A stretch of 64,000 bases of DNA, taken from the NCBI GenBank assembly GCA_010093815.1, contig ML996578.1, one strand, 5' to 3'. The DNA is from Pseudovirgaria hyperparasitica (taxonomy: Eukaryota). Below, piece after piece: positions 44,201 to 58,020 of this stretch. Each line of letters starts with the position of its first letter. The stretch's first letter is position 1. A program made the position numbers and the translations under genes. Below the pieces are notes generated by a model that did not search any database, was not told the origin of the DNA, and saw nothing but the letters and a program-made list of their open reading frames with translations.

Positions 44201-45840
44201 CTACAGTAGCAATAGATCAGTCTCTGAATTGGGTCTGATCTTTCTCATGTTTGTCTTCGCCACCTGATGCAGACGGATGGGAAATCTACCGCAATTCGCT
44301 CTGTCACACTGGCAGTTGTGGCCGTAGAGACAGGCCGGGTCTCTGCAACGAAGGCCAGCCCTGCAAGGTCGGAGTCGTATCTTGTGCCTGATGGCAATAA
44401 TCTCAGTATCTGTGGGCATTTCATGCAGATATTCGCATGGATTTGGTCCTTTCCAGCATCCGTTATTGAATATATAGTCGTTGCATCGTCTTCTGTGGTG
44501 TGAAGAGTTCCGTCGTTCCAGTCTAGCGTATGTAGCCGGACATGCTTTGGGAAGATGCATGTCAATGCGTTGACCGAATCCGTTCACAACGATGCATCCG
44601 GGCTCAAAGACATCGAGTATTCCTGCCTGGTCAGCAATAGCTTCGCTACCTGACATTGACTCCGTACTGTCTACAAGAGCCTCATGTGGCCTGTCAATAG
44701 CGCCTTCTGACTTCGATGTACCAGACGTTTCTCCCTCGCTGGCAGTAGGACGACCACTAGGTGTCGACTTAACATCCGCGAACAGCCTCAATGGTTTATT
44801 CGGCTCTTTATATGGCTTGTCCAGGGAGCTGTATAGTACCAGTGGCTTCAGAGGGATCAGATGTCCACTCCAAAACAACGACGGAAATTCAGTAGTTGGC
44901 AATTCAAGCATTCGATATTTTTCGCCGATGCGAAAACCAGCCAACAAGGTGAGCTTCTCGCGCATTCCCTCCTCATGTAGCAGAGCATTCAGCATGCGAA
45001 CATAGCCATTGTCATGGCACGCGCCAAAGACGATATGCTTGGTCGTTGGATTTGCCATATGGTGGTCGAGAAGTCCTACTCGTGTTAGTGATGGGACTCA
45101 ACGATAGGCTCACTGTAAATTACCTCGGATCCGGAAGTCCACTTGCTCCCTCCCGTGACCAACGTCAATGAAATCTACCAGTGCGTTTGTCTGATTGAAA
45201 CCGCGGGCAAAGTCTTCCAGATTCGCAGACGCTTCGGTCAACCCTACACGTGCTATTGTGTGTTTCAGCCCCTGAAGGTTGGCATACAGCTTGATGACGA
45301 AAGGGAGACCTGCGATCTCGGCGTGCTCTTTCTCGAAATAGTGACGCAGGTGTGTCTGCAGGGCACTAGCTGCCTCAAGTCCGCCTACAGTACCTTTGAC
45401 GAGATACTTGCTGTCAAACTGCGAGGTTTAAGTGTTAATGAGAGCGAGAAACATAATGATCTGACACGACTCACAATATATTCATCCGCGTCAGCGTCAA
45501 TCAGCACCAGGATAGAAGAACCAGCATGCTGTAGACCTGTTTAGCAGCATCACGAAACCCGGATCGGGGCAATGCGTACCACATCTCGCTGGAGCTTTTC
45601 CAAGTCTTCAGTAGCCTTATGATTGAGCTCGCGCGTGTCAATGCTGCTCGAGCCAGGATCTCTCGTCGCATCGCTGAGCTCCCCCATGACTTCGAGACAC
45701 ATCTTCATCAGATCCTAGATCATGTTAGATCACTCAGTGGACTTACGACAGGGTAACGCCAGTACACATACATGAAGGCAGTTAGACCTCGCTGCATCTT
45801 GAGCCTCGAACTCTTCGAATTGCCGCTTGAGTTGGTCCAT
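44201..45840 (-). CDS. CCCH zinc-finger protein with N-terminal coiled coil and NYN/PIN-like domain, 5 exons
   Basis: Exons 45840-45772, 45714-45580, 45528-45475, 45418-45124 and 45075-44201, all GT..AG and in frame. Translation: ILVLIDAD..IFDSKYLVKGTVGG..KLYANLQGL..FARGFNQ..DFIDVGHGREQVD..HIVFGACHDNGY..VNGFGQRID..CNDYIFNNGC..CEYLH..PCRAGLRCRDPACLYGH. Confidence 0.88.
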
Positions 45841-47816
45841 TATGGCTATGGCAACAACGAGAATCCGCAGGATTAGAACCAAGAGAGATCTCAGGAAATT
45901 TATGAGTTGAAGGAGGAAAGCCACTTACAGACTGCTTTATAGAGAATGTCTTCCGAAGGTCACTAGCGAAAGCCACCCCTGACTCAAGCAAGGAGTCCGT
46001 AAAAGGCAGTGGAACACGAATTGTTACTGCTGCGGTAAAGTGAACAGCCAAGTAAAAAGACACTACAACAAATTCGAGCAGGACTGTCACCCATTGATGC
46101 AGGTCAGTAGCTCATGTAGGGTCGTAAAAGTTCAACCCAGCCAGGGCAAAGTAATCCAGATAGGTTCTTGTCCCATCTACTACAGTGTTATAACAGTTTC
46201 CATCTACTTTTCAAATGAGATGTCACTTTACCACTTCCATATTATATATAACCCTTTCTTGACTCATCCCACTCGGATCATCAGGCCCACGCTTAACGTC
46301 CTTCTTCCCTCCTAACCTCATCACGTCTTGATTTAGCTCCGCGCCCACTCTACGTCCGCTCCTGAAATAAGTAATCCACTCTCAACCTCCAACCTTCAAC
46401 CTTTAATCTTCAAGCTGGTCGTTGAAGATCTATCCATCTAGCTGCCTATCGATCCATCCATCGTGCAAGTTAGCTATCCAACATTACCTGGTCGCCGGGC
46501 TTTATAACGAACAAGCGAGCTGAACAGGTTAGAACAAGAACAGGAGTGAGGTAGGAGTAGGGCATTGAAGCTATGGATAGCTAGGATTTCGATACGACGA
46601 CGATGATAACAAAAACCATTATAGTAAAGATATAGTGATGATAGGACTGTATGGTCACTATACTGAATGGATGATAGAGAGATAGATATACACGGTGATG
46701 GATAGATAGTTCGTCAGTTTGTGAGTTAGGTAGCTAGGTAGTTAGTTAGTTGGCAAGTTAGTTAGATCCTCTGTCTTTCGATCAATCGATCGGTGTTGGC
46801 TGGGATGCTGTCACACTGCCCGAAGTTTCTCTTCGTACTCACTTTCACTTTTTATCAATCGACCAGCCCTCCTCCACTTTTCTTATCAAACCCTAACTTG
46901 GGCCTGGGCAAGGTTCGCACATCTATTGAGGGTGTATTTCTATCCTCCTCTTCCTCTCATTACACACGTCTCACAACCATATTTATCCGCGATTGATAAA
47001 CAGACGTGGGCATATACAATCGAATACAACCCGAGGGCCTAGCTTAGAATTGTATGATAAGTCATCCTACAAGTACGGATTGAGCTTGCAATCTATGCCA
47101 AAGGATCAAGATTGCTTGTGTTGGATTGAATCAGGAGTAGAGTGGCCAGGTGATTACCAAAGTTCTTCCCATGGGTAAAAATGCGTGATGATTCATGGAT
47201 ATTGAGTATATTTGACATGAGCAGTCATGTATTTTATGGTGTAGCCACCTAATCCCCAGAAACTATCTATATTCCACTAATGTAGCCGTGTATAGGGCCG
47301 AACGATCAGAATAAGACTGTACCGTCTGGGCAATCATTTTGAGACGCTGGCTGGGCTTGTATTCTATAGTAAAACTCTAGCCCAGATTGAGCTCGAATGA
47401 ATTCGGGTTGTACATGCTCATGTCTGTTGATAAAACCATAAATACATACCCCAATACACTATCACGCATCCCCCACTCGAGTAAACCAGACGACAGCGTC
47501 AAGTGTCGACGACGACTTGTGTTTGCAAAGTACATACAAAACCATACGATCTGCTTACCACAGCGCCCGACTTCATAATAAGGTCATATTAGTCTAGGTG
47601 GCTGCTCGTCTGTCTGTTTGCAGAACACCAGAAGATTAACGTCTAGAGAATATAAGATTACCATTCACCAGCGAGTATACTAGCATCTATCTTACTCGCA
47701 TACACTATCTACGCGATCTATCTATCATGCGCTCCCAACCCCCTCCCTCATCCTCATCCTGCTCCATCAGCCCGCTTCTCAACAGCCTTTCTCCGCGCTC
47801 TATGCCCTTCCACCCA

Positions 47817-50371
47817 TCACTTGCCCCCAACGTCCTTCCTGGCCTCATCCTTTCCCTTCCCCTTTCCCTTTCCCTTTCCCTCTCCATCACGACGCACCAC
47901 AACAGGTAAAAACTTCTCCTCAAGCAATGAATACGGCGACGATGACGACGCTACATCATCGTCTGCGCCGGAGGAAAAACTAGATCGTGGGGATCCAGAC
48001 GCGGGGTTGGATGCGCGGGTTATGAGGATACGTGGCGTGTGTGGTAGTGAAGGCGGCGCAGGTGGAGAGGAAGGAAACGCATCTGCCACTATCATTGTTG
48101 CCGTTACGGGAGTTGCAGGATTCGCCATCATCGTCGTTTCGGGAGTCGGGGGAATAGGTGCTGTAGGGAAGTCGGTGCTTGTGCTTGCTGTGGCAGGGGC
48201 CGGGGATGGACTCGCTAAAGGCGTAGCAGTATCGTGAGCGTCCAACGTATCAGCCTTGGCCTCAATCTTTGACGGTGTCGTTGTCGTCGTCGTATTGGCG
48301 AGAGCACGCAGTCTATCTCTCAGACTACGTTTAGGCTTAGGCTTGGGGGTACTGGGTGGGCTTGACGACGAACGGATGTGTCTAGACGCAGACGCAAACA
48401 TAGGCGTGGATGTATACGCGGACATAGGCATGAACGCAGGCATAGGCGTATCAGAACCATTATGGAACTGCGCCGAGCGCGCTCTATGCAGTCTGGCGCT
48501 GCGCGCAGATAGCGTCAAGCGCGGTGTTTGCAAGGAGCGCTGCGAGACGGAGCGGCGGAGACGGCCAAGGAGGGAGGATTCGGGGTGTTCGATTCCTGAT
48601 GGTCCTGGATGGAGGGATGGTGGGGAGGGATTGGCGTTTCTGTAGGTGGGAGTGGGAGTGGGAGTGGGGGCAGTGATGGTGGAGGTTGGCGATGTCGGGC
48701 TGCTAGGGTCGATGGAGGGCGTGTCAGTGGTACGTCTAGATTCCAGGCTGTGTAGAGAAAGGGAGCCTTCGTCCGAGGCTTCAGCGATTGTGGACGTTGG
48801 TCTGTGGGGTCTTGGGGAGCAGCGGATGTCTTCCGGTCGTCCGCCGAGGTCGATGATTGATGCGGCTTGCTTTACGTTTATGCCTGTTTTTATGTCTTGA
48901 GTTTTGAGACCCCCTGAAGATGACGGGGAACAAATAGTGATGGAGCGGGTGTCGACGCGAGGTGTTGCTATGTCTCGGCTTGATGTTGGATCTGGCAAGG
49001 ACGTAGCGTCAGGGGTAGTAACGTCAAGACTCGCTGATCGACCTTGGCCTGGAGTGGACGGCTGTGAGGGAATCAGCTGTGTAGTGGACTCTGGGCCTGG
49101 TGTTGATTTTGGTAGCGAGGATTGATCTTGAATAGGTGTCTTTTCCTGGACGTTCAAGTTCAGTGAGCCGTCCGAGGTTTGTTTAGAAACAGGTGGTCCT
49201 TCAGGCTCAGTACTGTCTAGCTTCGATGGCATTTCCGGAGATACTTCCTGGTGTCTTGGAGCTTCCGTCCCGACGATAGGTGAGCTTTTCGGGAGGTGGT
49301 AAACTTCAGGACTTGATACCGGCCCTGGTGCTTTATCGTCCCACGGCATCAAGTCGCGAATGGCGGAAGGAGAAGAGACAGAAGAGATTTTAGTAATCTC
49401 TGGGACTTCTGCAAGACTTGATGTCCTGCAGGTGGTAGAGTTAGAGTCGTTCGAGGCCGATGGGCGATCTTCCTGATTCTTCGGTGAAGATGCTCCCGCA
49501 ACCTCCGCAGACGCATTTACGACTTGCAGAGTCGTTGATCTCACCCTCTCATCTCTCGCTGTCTCAGCACCCCTATCTTCATCTACCGCCAAACCCAACA
49601 CCACAGAACCCTTGCTCATCCACGGCCCCTGATCAACCATGACCATGATGCCACTCCTCTTCAACCCCCTCCTCCGCTCAACACCAGCCCTTATATAAGC
49701 CCTTGCAAAGCGCTCCCACCTCCTATTCTGCCGCACCAGCGACTCATTCACAAGTCTAATCACCTGCTCATACCATACACATCTCATGCAAGGCGTCGTC
49801 TTCTGCTTCTCCTGCTTAAGGGGGCGAGTCAGAATAAAAAACAACATCTCATACCCTTAATACCATCTAGAAAAGAATATAACAGACTTACTTCTTCATT
49901 CAGCCTACGGCCACGCTCATGCTCTCTCTCCTTCTCCCTCTCTACCCACCCAAAGAACAAATCCCTATACATCCCATACCCAGATTCCTCCACCACCCAC
50001 CCGGCAACTCCCCGCGTAAGCCAGCCCAGGTTCCACAGTAGTGCAAAAGCGGCGAAATACGCCACCGGTCGGACGGCGGTGGCGGCAAGCGGTATGTTAC
50101 TACTGCTGCTACTACCACTACCAACGTAGAGATGCGTGAGGACGTAGACGTAGAAGGGGCTATCCTGTATTTCCAGCTGTGTATACGTAGCGTATACGAT
50201 GCCGGCAAAGGCGGAGCAGTAAAGGGCAAAATGGAGGAGTGTGGGGAGCCAGTCGATTAGGATGCTGCCAAGGATGATGATGGCAGTGCGTGTTGTTGAT
50301 CTTGTTGTTATTTTTGTTGTCGGGGTCCATTGGGAGGCTGACATGCTGTCGAGCTTGATACTGGTGGACAT
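47817..50371 (-). CDS. Hypothetical protein with N-terminal TM segments and long Ser/Pro/Thr-rich disordered C-terminus, 2 exons
   Basis: Phase-0 intron 49891-49812 (GTAAGT..CTGAC..AAGCAG) joins the 180-aa hydrophobic ORF to the 676-aa ORF. Coding microsatellites give (TP)n and (GK)n. Confidence 0.72.
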
Positions 50372-50704
50372 GTTAGGCGGATGAATTATCGTCAGTCAGC
50401 TATAGAGGAAAATTGGGGATGAGAATTGCATTGAGATCGCTGTTGGGTTATGGTTGCTGCTGCGGGCTTCTGGTTAACTTCATGGTGTTCGTAAAGGTTC
50501 ATTTCACGTCCTGCAAACGGTCCGCCTGCACGCGCCCTTTGTCACGCAATCTGTAAACAGACAACAGAACACAACACTTGGCTGATTGGACCAGTAATGC
50601 CTAAAGAATAAGTCCGGAATTGCACAATGATCTATGGACAAAAGATTTGGGTATCGAGTCTTTTATATGCAAGAATATTTTCTTTGTTTTTGCCTTGCAC
50701 TCCT

Positions 50705-52730
50705 TCAGCCCTTCTTTTTCCCTTTGACCTTGTCCACAATCTCTACCCACTGTCTGTTCACTCCCCGCTTTTCTAACGCTTTGATGACAGCGTCCTTCTG
50801 TGGCCCCTGAACCATGATTTCCATCACTGGTGTCTTCGGGCTACTGCCTTTTAGTTGCTCGACGCTTGTAGAACCTGCACACACTTTCCTGAGCTCATCT
50901 GCGAGCGGCTGCGGTGGGATGAAGTAGGCCTCCACGCCGGAGACCTTTGTGACGGTCTTGTTACCGCTTCGGGTTTCAAGCATGATTGTGATTTTGGGAG
51001 CTGCCCCAGCCTTTGGCTTTGATGTACTTGAGGACTCGTCGTTGCGGATGATAGACCAAAAGGGACTACAAGATTTGATGATTCGGTCAATTAGTGCATC
51101 TCGCGGGACGGTCCCTTTATTGATGACTTCTTTGTCTAGATGAGTGCTGCCATCGAAGACAGCGTTTGCCAGGATCGGATCGATCTTCACGAGCCGCTTA
51201 TTCGTTTCGACAACCAGTTCCTCGATCGCAATATAGCTGGTGACAATAGATCCGATTTCACTAGTCGTATGATAGCCTCTTGGATCCGCTTGTGCTTTCT
51301 CAAACATGTCGGCCAGCTTCTCCTTCGGCCGGTACAGTTCCAGTTTCTTGATTTTCTGACCAACAGAGCTATCACCCGGATCGCTGATCACCGTCGCGTT
51401 GTGTTCCCGGCCTTGTGCGGCGCCGCCCACTGTTTCTTTCTTCGGCAACCGATAAGGTGTGAAGTCTGCTATGGTGCGGTCTTTGAAATCAATGTCCATG
51501 ATGACTACTTCATGGGTGTCTCGGTCCTTTGTCTTTACTATTTGCTCCTTGTCTAACGACTTGATGAACTTCTTGATGTTCTTCCAGCTGGTCTTCTTGA
51601 TCTGGAGGGATGCAGTTTGCGCAGGTGTATATGCAGGAAGGAATGGTTGCACCAGATTAGCCATGACGAACGACTGGGTAAGAGGGAAGCTGAGACCGAA
51701 GCTTGGTTGACCCCTGTTGACGTCCATGTGATGTCGTACGCCGTAAAGGAAGGCTTTCCGAAAGCCTTCGTCAATCTCTTTGGTCGACAACGGCTTGTCC
51801 TCCACTGACTCAAAAGCATCTTTGATGTCTGTTCTATCTTGTGCTCCTGCGACCTCTTCCCCTGAATGAAGAGAAACACCTCCATTGGCACCATCCGCTA
51901 AGTCAAGCTGCTCCGTCTTCGTAGCAATGTCCGCTGCTTCGTCATCGTCATCGAGCCAGCCTTGAAGTGAATCAGGCGGCTGTGAGCCCGGCTTACTCGC
52001 ATTGCTCCACGACCATAGCTCATCTCCAGCCCAGTGTATGTTCTCGACCGCATGTCCCCTCGCCCCTTGTACTTTTTCCAGCGCACTCACGTCGATCTCA
52101 CATCTTCCCACGGCAAGCGGCACGGAAGGCGAGTCTAGACTGGCAATTGCGACAGTAGCGTTCTGTTTGGCTTTTGAGGGGAACGGAGGGCCTGCAGCTA
52201 AGCCAGGGGTCATGAGGTCTGCACCACCCTGTAACTTCTCGATGACCGGGGTGTGGGTGTGGAGAAGGGGCACAATTCCGGGATTCTGCCACAGAGTGTA
52301 GACTGACACTACATATCAGTAAATGCCCTGGTAAAATCGGAGTTTGCTTTCGTACCTGTAGGATACAACCTATCCTCAAGCTTCACCCAGAGGATCCGCT
52401 GGTCGTCCCTGTAGCTTCCAACATAGACGGTACCAGATACTTGCTTCAGGTCAGGCCCGACAGTTGTCGTGAAGCGGGCCGATAAAGCATTCTCGGGTAG
52501 GAGAGCATTCCTGATATTTGATATCTTCGCCACGGCGGCAGCCTTCTCTTCGGGATCGTCAAGATCTGTGGATGGGAGCTCTAGGCCTAGCTCTGAGATA
52601 ATTTGCTCGGCGGTCTTGCGTCGATCAGAAGATCGCAATGGGGCTAGAGGTTTGACCTGTAGTACGAGTGAGTATGACAGCTTTTAGGGGTGTGGTAGTG
52701 CAGACTGACGGTAGGCTTCTTCTTGAACAT
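50705..52730 (-). CDS. TMA64: Translation reinitiation/recycling factor eIF2D (ligatin/Tma64; pre-PUA/PUA, SWIB, SUI1 domains), 3 exons
   Basis: MFKKKPT, intron 52709-52658, then VKPLAPLRSSDRRK..LYPT, intron 52355-52304, then VYTLW..GADLMTPGL..IKKTSWKNIKKF..RSGNKTVTKVSGVE..EIMVQGPQ. Confidence 0.95.
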
Positions 52731-53433
52731 GGTGGATGTGGAGGAAAGTGAGGCGACAGTCAAGAGTGCAAGAATTGACAGACAGTCAGCGTGAAAGATA
52801 GTTGGAAAGGAAAGATATAATATTAGGGGGACAAACAGCTCAGTTGTATCAGAGCTGATTGATGTGAGTTGAATCAAAATGAGCCATTTCCATCCATCTC
52901 AGGCACCGACATGGATGCCTTGGCGTCTTTACCCCTCTAACCCCCACCATGAGCGTGGAGGGGCAGCGTGTAACGGCAAAAGAGAGCCCTGCGTCATCCT
53001 TAGAAGCCTTAGGCATCAATCAACTCCACACATCTCACTTGTCTCCGTCTAACAACACCCGATCCGTTCCCAACAGAAAAGACAAAGACACACACAAGAC
53101 ACACAAGACCCTGTTGCATCACCAGTCTCCATTATTGCACCGCTACAGTCACTGCCCCGTCCGTGTTTTCGCTGCCATCGGGCCTATGTGGCACGTACTA
53201 GATATGTAATACTGACCTGTATCACCGATACAGGCTACACTTGAGTGCGGGGATTGCGGGGGCGCCCATGGCTAAGAAACGCTGTATATCCGATGGGTTA
53301 TCATGCCATCATAAGGAGATGTCTGCATGCTGTCTTGTCTTGTCTTGTCTTGTCATTGTGAACAATCCTCTCGAGCACTATCAAGCAGAGTAATACCACT
53401 TATATACAACTCGACTCATTCATACTCACCACC

Positions 53434-54784
53434 ATGACCGAATCAGCGCGTGCACGACTGAACCAGGTCAAAGAATTTCTGACCGGAAAGACACCTACCA
53501 CCACCTTCTCCCTCCCCTTCCATCCAGACCAGGCCACATTTCCGACGAGAAAGGAGCTGCCAGCAATCCCAGGAGCCCCGGATGGCGCTGCCTGGGTCTG
53601 GGGCGACGACGACTGGGTGCCGCTCACCAAGTTTCATTCAATCTGATGAAGTATTGCTTACTATTAGGGCAGATTGGCAGAATCAACCTCCTGACGCCTG
53701 CGCGTGTCAAAGCCGCCGCCAGTGAGATCAAGACGGGCGACATTGTGCCGACGAACCTGCCCCTAAACGTACCCGCCCAGCCTGCATTTCGCCGCGAGAC
53801 GTTCAAGCACGAGATCAAGATCCTCACCGAGGGTCTCTGCTACGACGATATCTACCACCTCAACACGCAGTCCGGCACCCAGTGGGACGGCTTCCGACAT
53901 GTGCGTAATATCTCTCTTCTGTGCTTTCTATAAGTCATCGAGATGGGAGGCATGCTGATATGACGAGTCCCCATTGTAGTTCGCCCACCTTCCGACCGGC
54001 GCATTTTACAACAACACACGCGCCGCAGATATTGTCGGCCCAGCTGCAAACCACAAATGTTCCATGCACCACTGGGCCGAGCACGGCATCGCTGGTCGCG
54101 GTGTGCTGCTCGACTATTTCAGCTGGGCACAGCGCCACGCCATCACCTACGACCCTTACGACTACCACGCCATCGCCTACGACGACCTGGTCAGCGTCGG
54201 TAAGGAGCAAGGCATCGACATCCGGCCCGCTGCCCAGGGCGGCGACATTAAGGTTGGCGACTTGCTGTTTGTGCGCATGGGCTGGACGGTGGCGTACTAT
54301 GCGCGTCCGGCTGAGGAGAGGAGTGCGCTGGCACTGAGGGAGCATAAGTTGGGCCCTGATGATGGGCAGCGTTATGTCGGTTTGAAGCAAGAGCCGGCCA
54401 TTGTGGACTGGCTACATGACTGCTATTTCGGGGCTGTTGCTGGAGACGCTCCGACGTTTGAGGCTTGGTAGGCTGACTCGTCCACCATGCTGGAATCTGA
54501 AAGCTGATAAACCTTGTCCACAGGCCGACAATGACGGATTACTTCTTGCACGAGTATATCCTGGCGCTTTGGGGTATGCCCCTGGGCGAGATGCTGGATC
54601 TGGAGAAGCTGTCCGAGACATGCAAGAAGTATAACCGCTGGTTCTTCTTCTTTTCGAGCGCCCCCTTCAATTGTCCGAGTAAGTTGCTGTGCACCTGATT
54701 CTGACTCTGCCCAGGAGACATGGAGGCTGACCGTGCATACCAGATGGTGTTAGCTCCCATGTGAACGGTAATGCAATCTTCTGA
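53434..54784 (+). CDS. Putative metal-dependent cyclase/kynurenine-formamidase-family hydrolase, 5 exons
   Basis: WGDDDW|IGRINLLTP..HLNTQSGTQWDGFRH|FAH..GIAGRGVLLDY..GDLLFVRMG..AVAGDAPTFEAW|..LHEYILALWGMPLGEMLDLEKL..FFFSSAPFN|..GVSSHVNGNAIF* (TGA 54782-54784). The first donor (GTGCCG) is weak. Confidence 0.92.
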
Positions 54785-55039
54785 GCACCTCTGGTATGCT
54801 AGGCATGACCAATGCAGTAAGCTCTGGGATAAGAACTTGTCGAGTGCTGGAACGAGAAAAAGGTTGACGACCGGCGGGTTGGGTACTACTTTGCGCTTTC
54901 TGTGGAGCTGCATCAATACTATTTTGACTGTAATTTGACGAGACGGGTATGGCTTACTGGTAAATTGAACTTACAAGCCTTAGGTATCCATTTTTGAACC
55001 CAATGTTTGATATCACATCACCATCCACGAGACCTGTCG

Positions 55040-58020
55040 CTACTCTAGGCTCGCCTGCGCCCACGCAACACTCAATCCCGCCAACGTCGTCATCCACGCC
55101 GCGACCCCAAATGCCCCCTGCATATCATCCCTCCGTACACAAACCCACACTACAGCAAACACCAAGCTGCCCAGCCCAAACATGCCCAGCATCAGCGTCC
55201 ACACGCGTGCCGGCAGAAACCCCTCTACCAGATGTATACCCCACCCAACCCCAACATCTAGCCTCTTCTTTCGCTTCGGGCTGCGTAAATATGTGATTAG
55301 CTCGCCGTCATAGTCCTGCGGGTGCTTGAATAAGTGCAGCAGGTATTTCTCGCCCACCGGCGGCACCAGGTCGTGCGGCTCGAAATCGTACCACGTCTTA
55401 GCCAACGCGCCACTCGGCATGTCAGGGCTTTTACGGATATCTGCGAACCGGTTGCGGTGCACTTCGAACTGCACGAAATGTATCGTTGTGAGGCCGCGCA
55501 CCCGCAAAATGTGGAGAAGTGGATGTTTGATGCTGGCATAGTGTGACCGTAGCGTCAGCGCGAGGTCTTTGTCCGACTTGATGCGAGGGCTTGTCATGTC
55601 AAGGTGGACGACTTTGGGCGTTGCGCGGCCCTCGTTGACGCAAGTGAGAAGCCAGGAGGGCGTAGGAGGGGGAGAGATTACGACGCTGAAGGGGTTCTGA
55701 CGGCTATGCATTTTGGGCGAGCTCGAGGTCAGATTGGAGGAAAGGGACGATTGGGTGCCGAAGGTGGAGGATGGGGAGAGAGCTGGGTTGCTGAAGATGC
55801 TGGAGACGGCGCTGGAGATGCTTGGGGTACTGGAAGTGCTGCTGCCGTTGGTGTGCATGCGCGGTGTATGGGATTGTGGGCGATTAAGGTAGGCTTCTAG
55901 CTCGCGAGCCGCACCCACGCGGCGCTCGATGAAGTCGTCGTAGCGGACCTCGCCACAGTGCTTTGACAAGATTAGTGGCTGTCTTGGATGTGTGAAGTTA
56001 TTTCAAGGTGGATTTAGTGGTGACTTTGAAGTTGAAGTATCTGCGACTTACACATGTCCAGCGCACCCGCACAAACCCTTCTTTGACTGAATGCTCGGGA
56101 CCACATTGTCCCCCGAGCCAGTCTATTGCATTGCGAGCCAGGGAGAGTAGTCCGAATGCGGCCAGGGAAACGAAACTCTTAGACCTTGACCTCATGTCGA
56201 CGAGTCGAGTTTCATAATTCTGAGGAAGTGGTAGGGGCCCGGACGTTGTGCTGCTGTCTTGGGTCTGTGTATCTGGCTGTTTGATGTATGGTTGTGGCTG
56301 CTGGATTGGGAATGAGACCACTGGGCTCTCTGACTGCGTCGATCGCTGGGTAGGGGACTGTTGTTGTTCCTCCGTTTTGACTGTAGTGGGCGGAGAACCT
56401 GTCGAAACAACGTCGTCTGAGTTCCGCTGTGAGCACTTAGTTCTCAACTTCAGCTTTCCTGGCTTCGCACGCAGCACAGGCACGGGTATTGAAGCAGACT
56501 GACTCCGTCCTATCACTTTCCTTGCTTGACTATGAGGTGGTTTAAGTGCATTGAACGACTTGCTCCTTCTTTGAAGTACATTTGCATTATCGGCATCCTC
56601 ACTCCTGAACCACCGCCTCTTTAATTCACCAAGTGGCGGAGCAAGCTTAGAGTATCCACCAAGGACCTCGTCATCACCGTGTTTTGGAGGCCAGTCCATC
56701 AAGCGGGAAGGGACGTTGTGGCTTTCAGGCACGACAAATCTTGCCCGCACAGTCGAGCGACTTGGCCGTATTATGCGACTCCGATGACTTTTCTTCCGCT
56801 CTGTAGTCTTGATTGCGGTCTCATCAGCCTGAATCTCTCTCAGATCCTCCCAGGAACTTTCGCGTCGTCCGTCCTGATTGTCAACAGGGGCAGATTCTGG
56901 CCATGCTACTTCTGATAGCTGAAGACCTCCAACTGGAGTCGATAAGATACTTGATAGTGAGTTTCTGCGCGTCGTCGTCGTCGAAAATTCAGTGACGATA
57001 GAGCATGGCACTGTCGAGCTTTGTGTGTCTGTTTCATCCCATAGATCCCCTATGGGACCTGCACCGTGAATCAATGTTTCCGCATCGCTAAATCCCTCAG
57101 TTCCGACAGAGATGCTATTTCGTGCAAGGCGCCCTGGAAGCTCTACAGGCGGTGGGGATCTTGCTGGCCAAGACTCCGTCTGATTGCTAACACTAAAAGG
57201 ACCTACGGCACTGTACTGGTGTGGCGCCAGTTGTCGTACGTGTGCCCCCAAGTTTGGACCCGAAGATCCGATCTCTGGAATGATCGGTGTAGAATCCAAT
57301 TCCACCGGGACATCGGGCGTCTCGAGTTCATAGCCGGTAGGAGTCGCCTCAGGCTGGTGTTCAATTAGATGTATATCTTTGACGTCATCTCCTTCACTCG
57401 GGCCCGCGGTACTGCCCTTCCGAAGTCTAACAATGATCCCGCGACCACTCCGCTTGATACGAGCTTTGAGGTCGTTGCGTCTTGTAGGAGCTTGGTGGGG
57501 AAGAGTACCTGATCCTGAAGGTAGCCAGTCCCACTCAGGCGCAGCATTCTGGACGAATGCAGATGGTATTGAGCTCAGGTCAACCCAGCCTTGTGCATCT
57601 CTAGAGAGGCTGAGTGTGGGAGATGACTTGTTGCCCTGGTGGAGAGGAAGGGCATGAGGCCCCAGGCTTGGGATTGCTTGAAGCTCTCGAGATTGGTGCG
57701 TCTGTCCCGTCGGACGGTCAGTCGCATTTTCGGCGTTTACGTTGACCACGAGTTGAAACTGCCCCGAACGACCGATTTCATTCAAGCTCAACGTGAAAGG
57801 CACGCTCACAGGCAGGCCAGAGGCTGCAGCATTAGATTGCCCACTAGTATGCTGTCCATCGCCCAACACAGTCAGAGGGGTCGATCCATCAGACGATCCA
57901 GTAGAGCGATTCGCATATGGCGATGACTGCAGGTGTTGACGAGGTTAGTATATGTTGCTTTTTCGACGACTTTTCAGGGCGGTCCCAAGGCTGCAGGGAG
58001 CTCAATTCACCACTCACCAT
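55040..58020 (-). CDS. Conserved fungal hypothetical membrane protein (disordered N-half; RVRWTC-xCG..YDDF motif; two C-terminal TMs), 3 exons
   Basis: ATG 58020-58018 is followed directly by intron 58017-57927 (GTGAGT..TACTAAC..CAG). Intron 56051-55961 (GTAAGT..ACTAAT..AAG) gives VRVRWTC|HCGEVRYDDF. The C-terminal domain has FVQFEVH, PPVG..LLHLF, GWGIHLVEG and two TMs. Confidence 0.85.
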
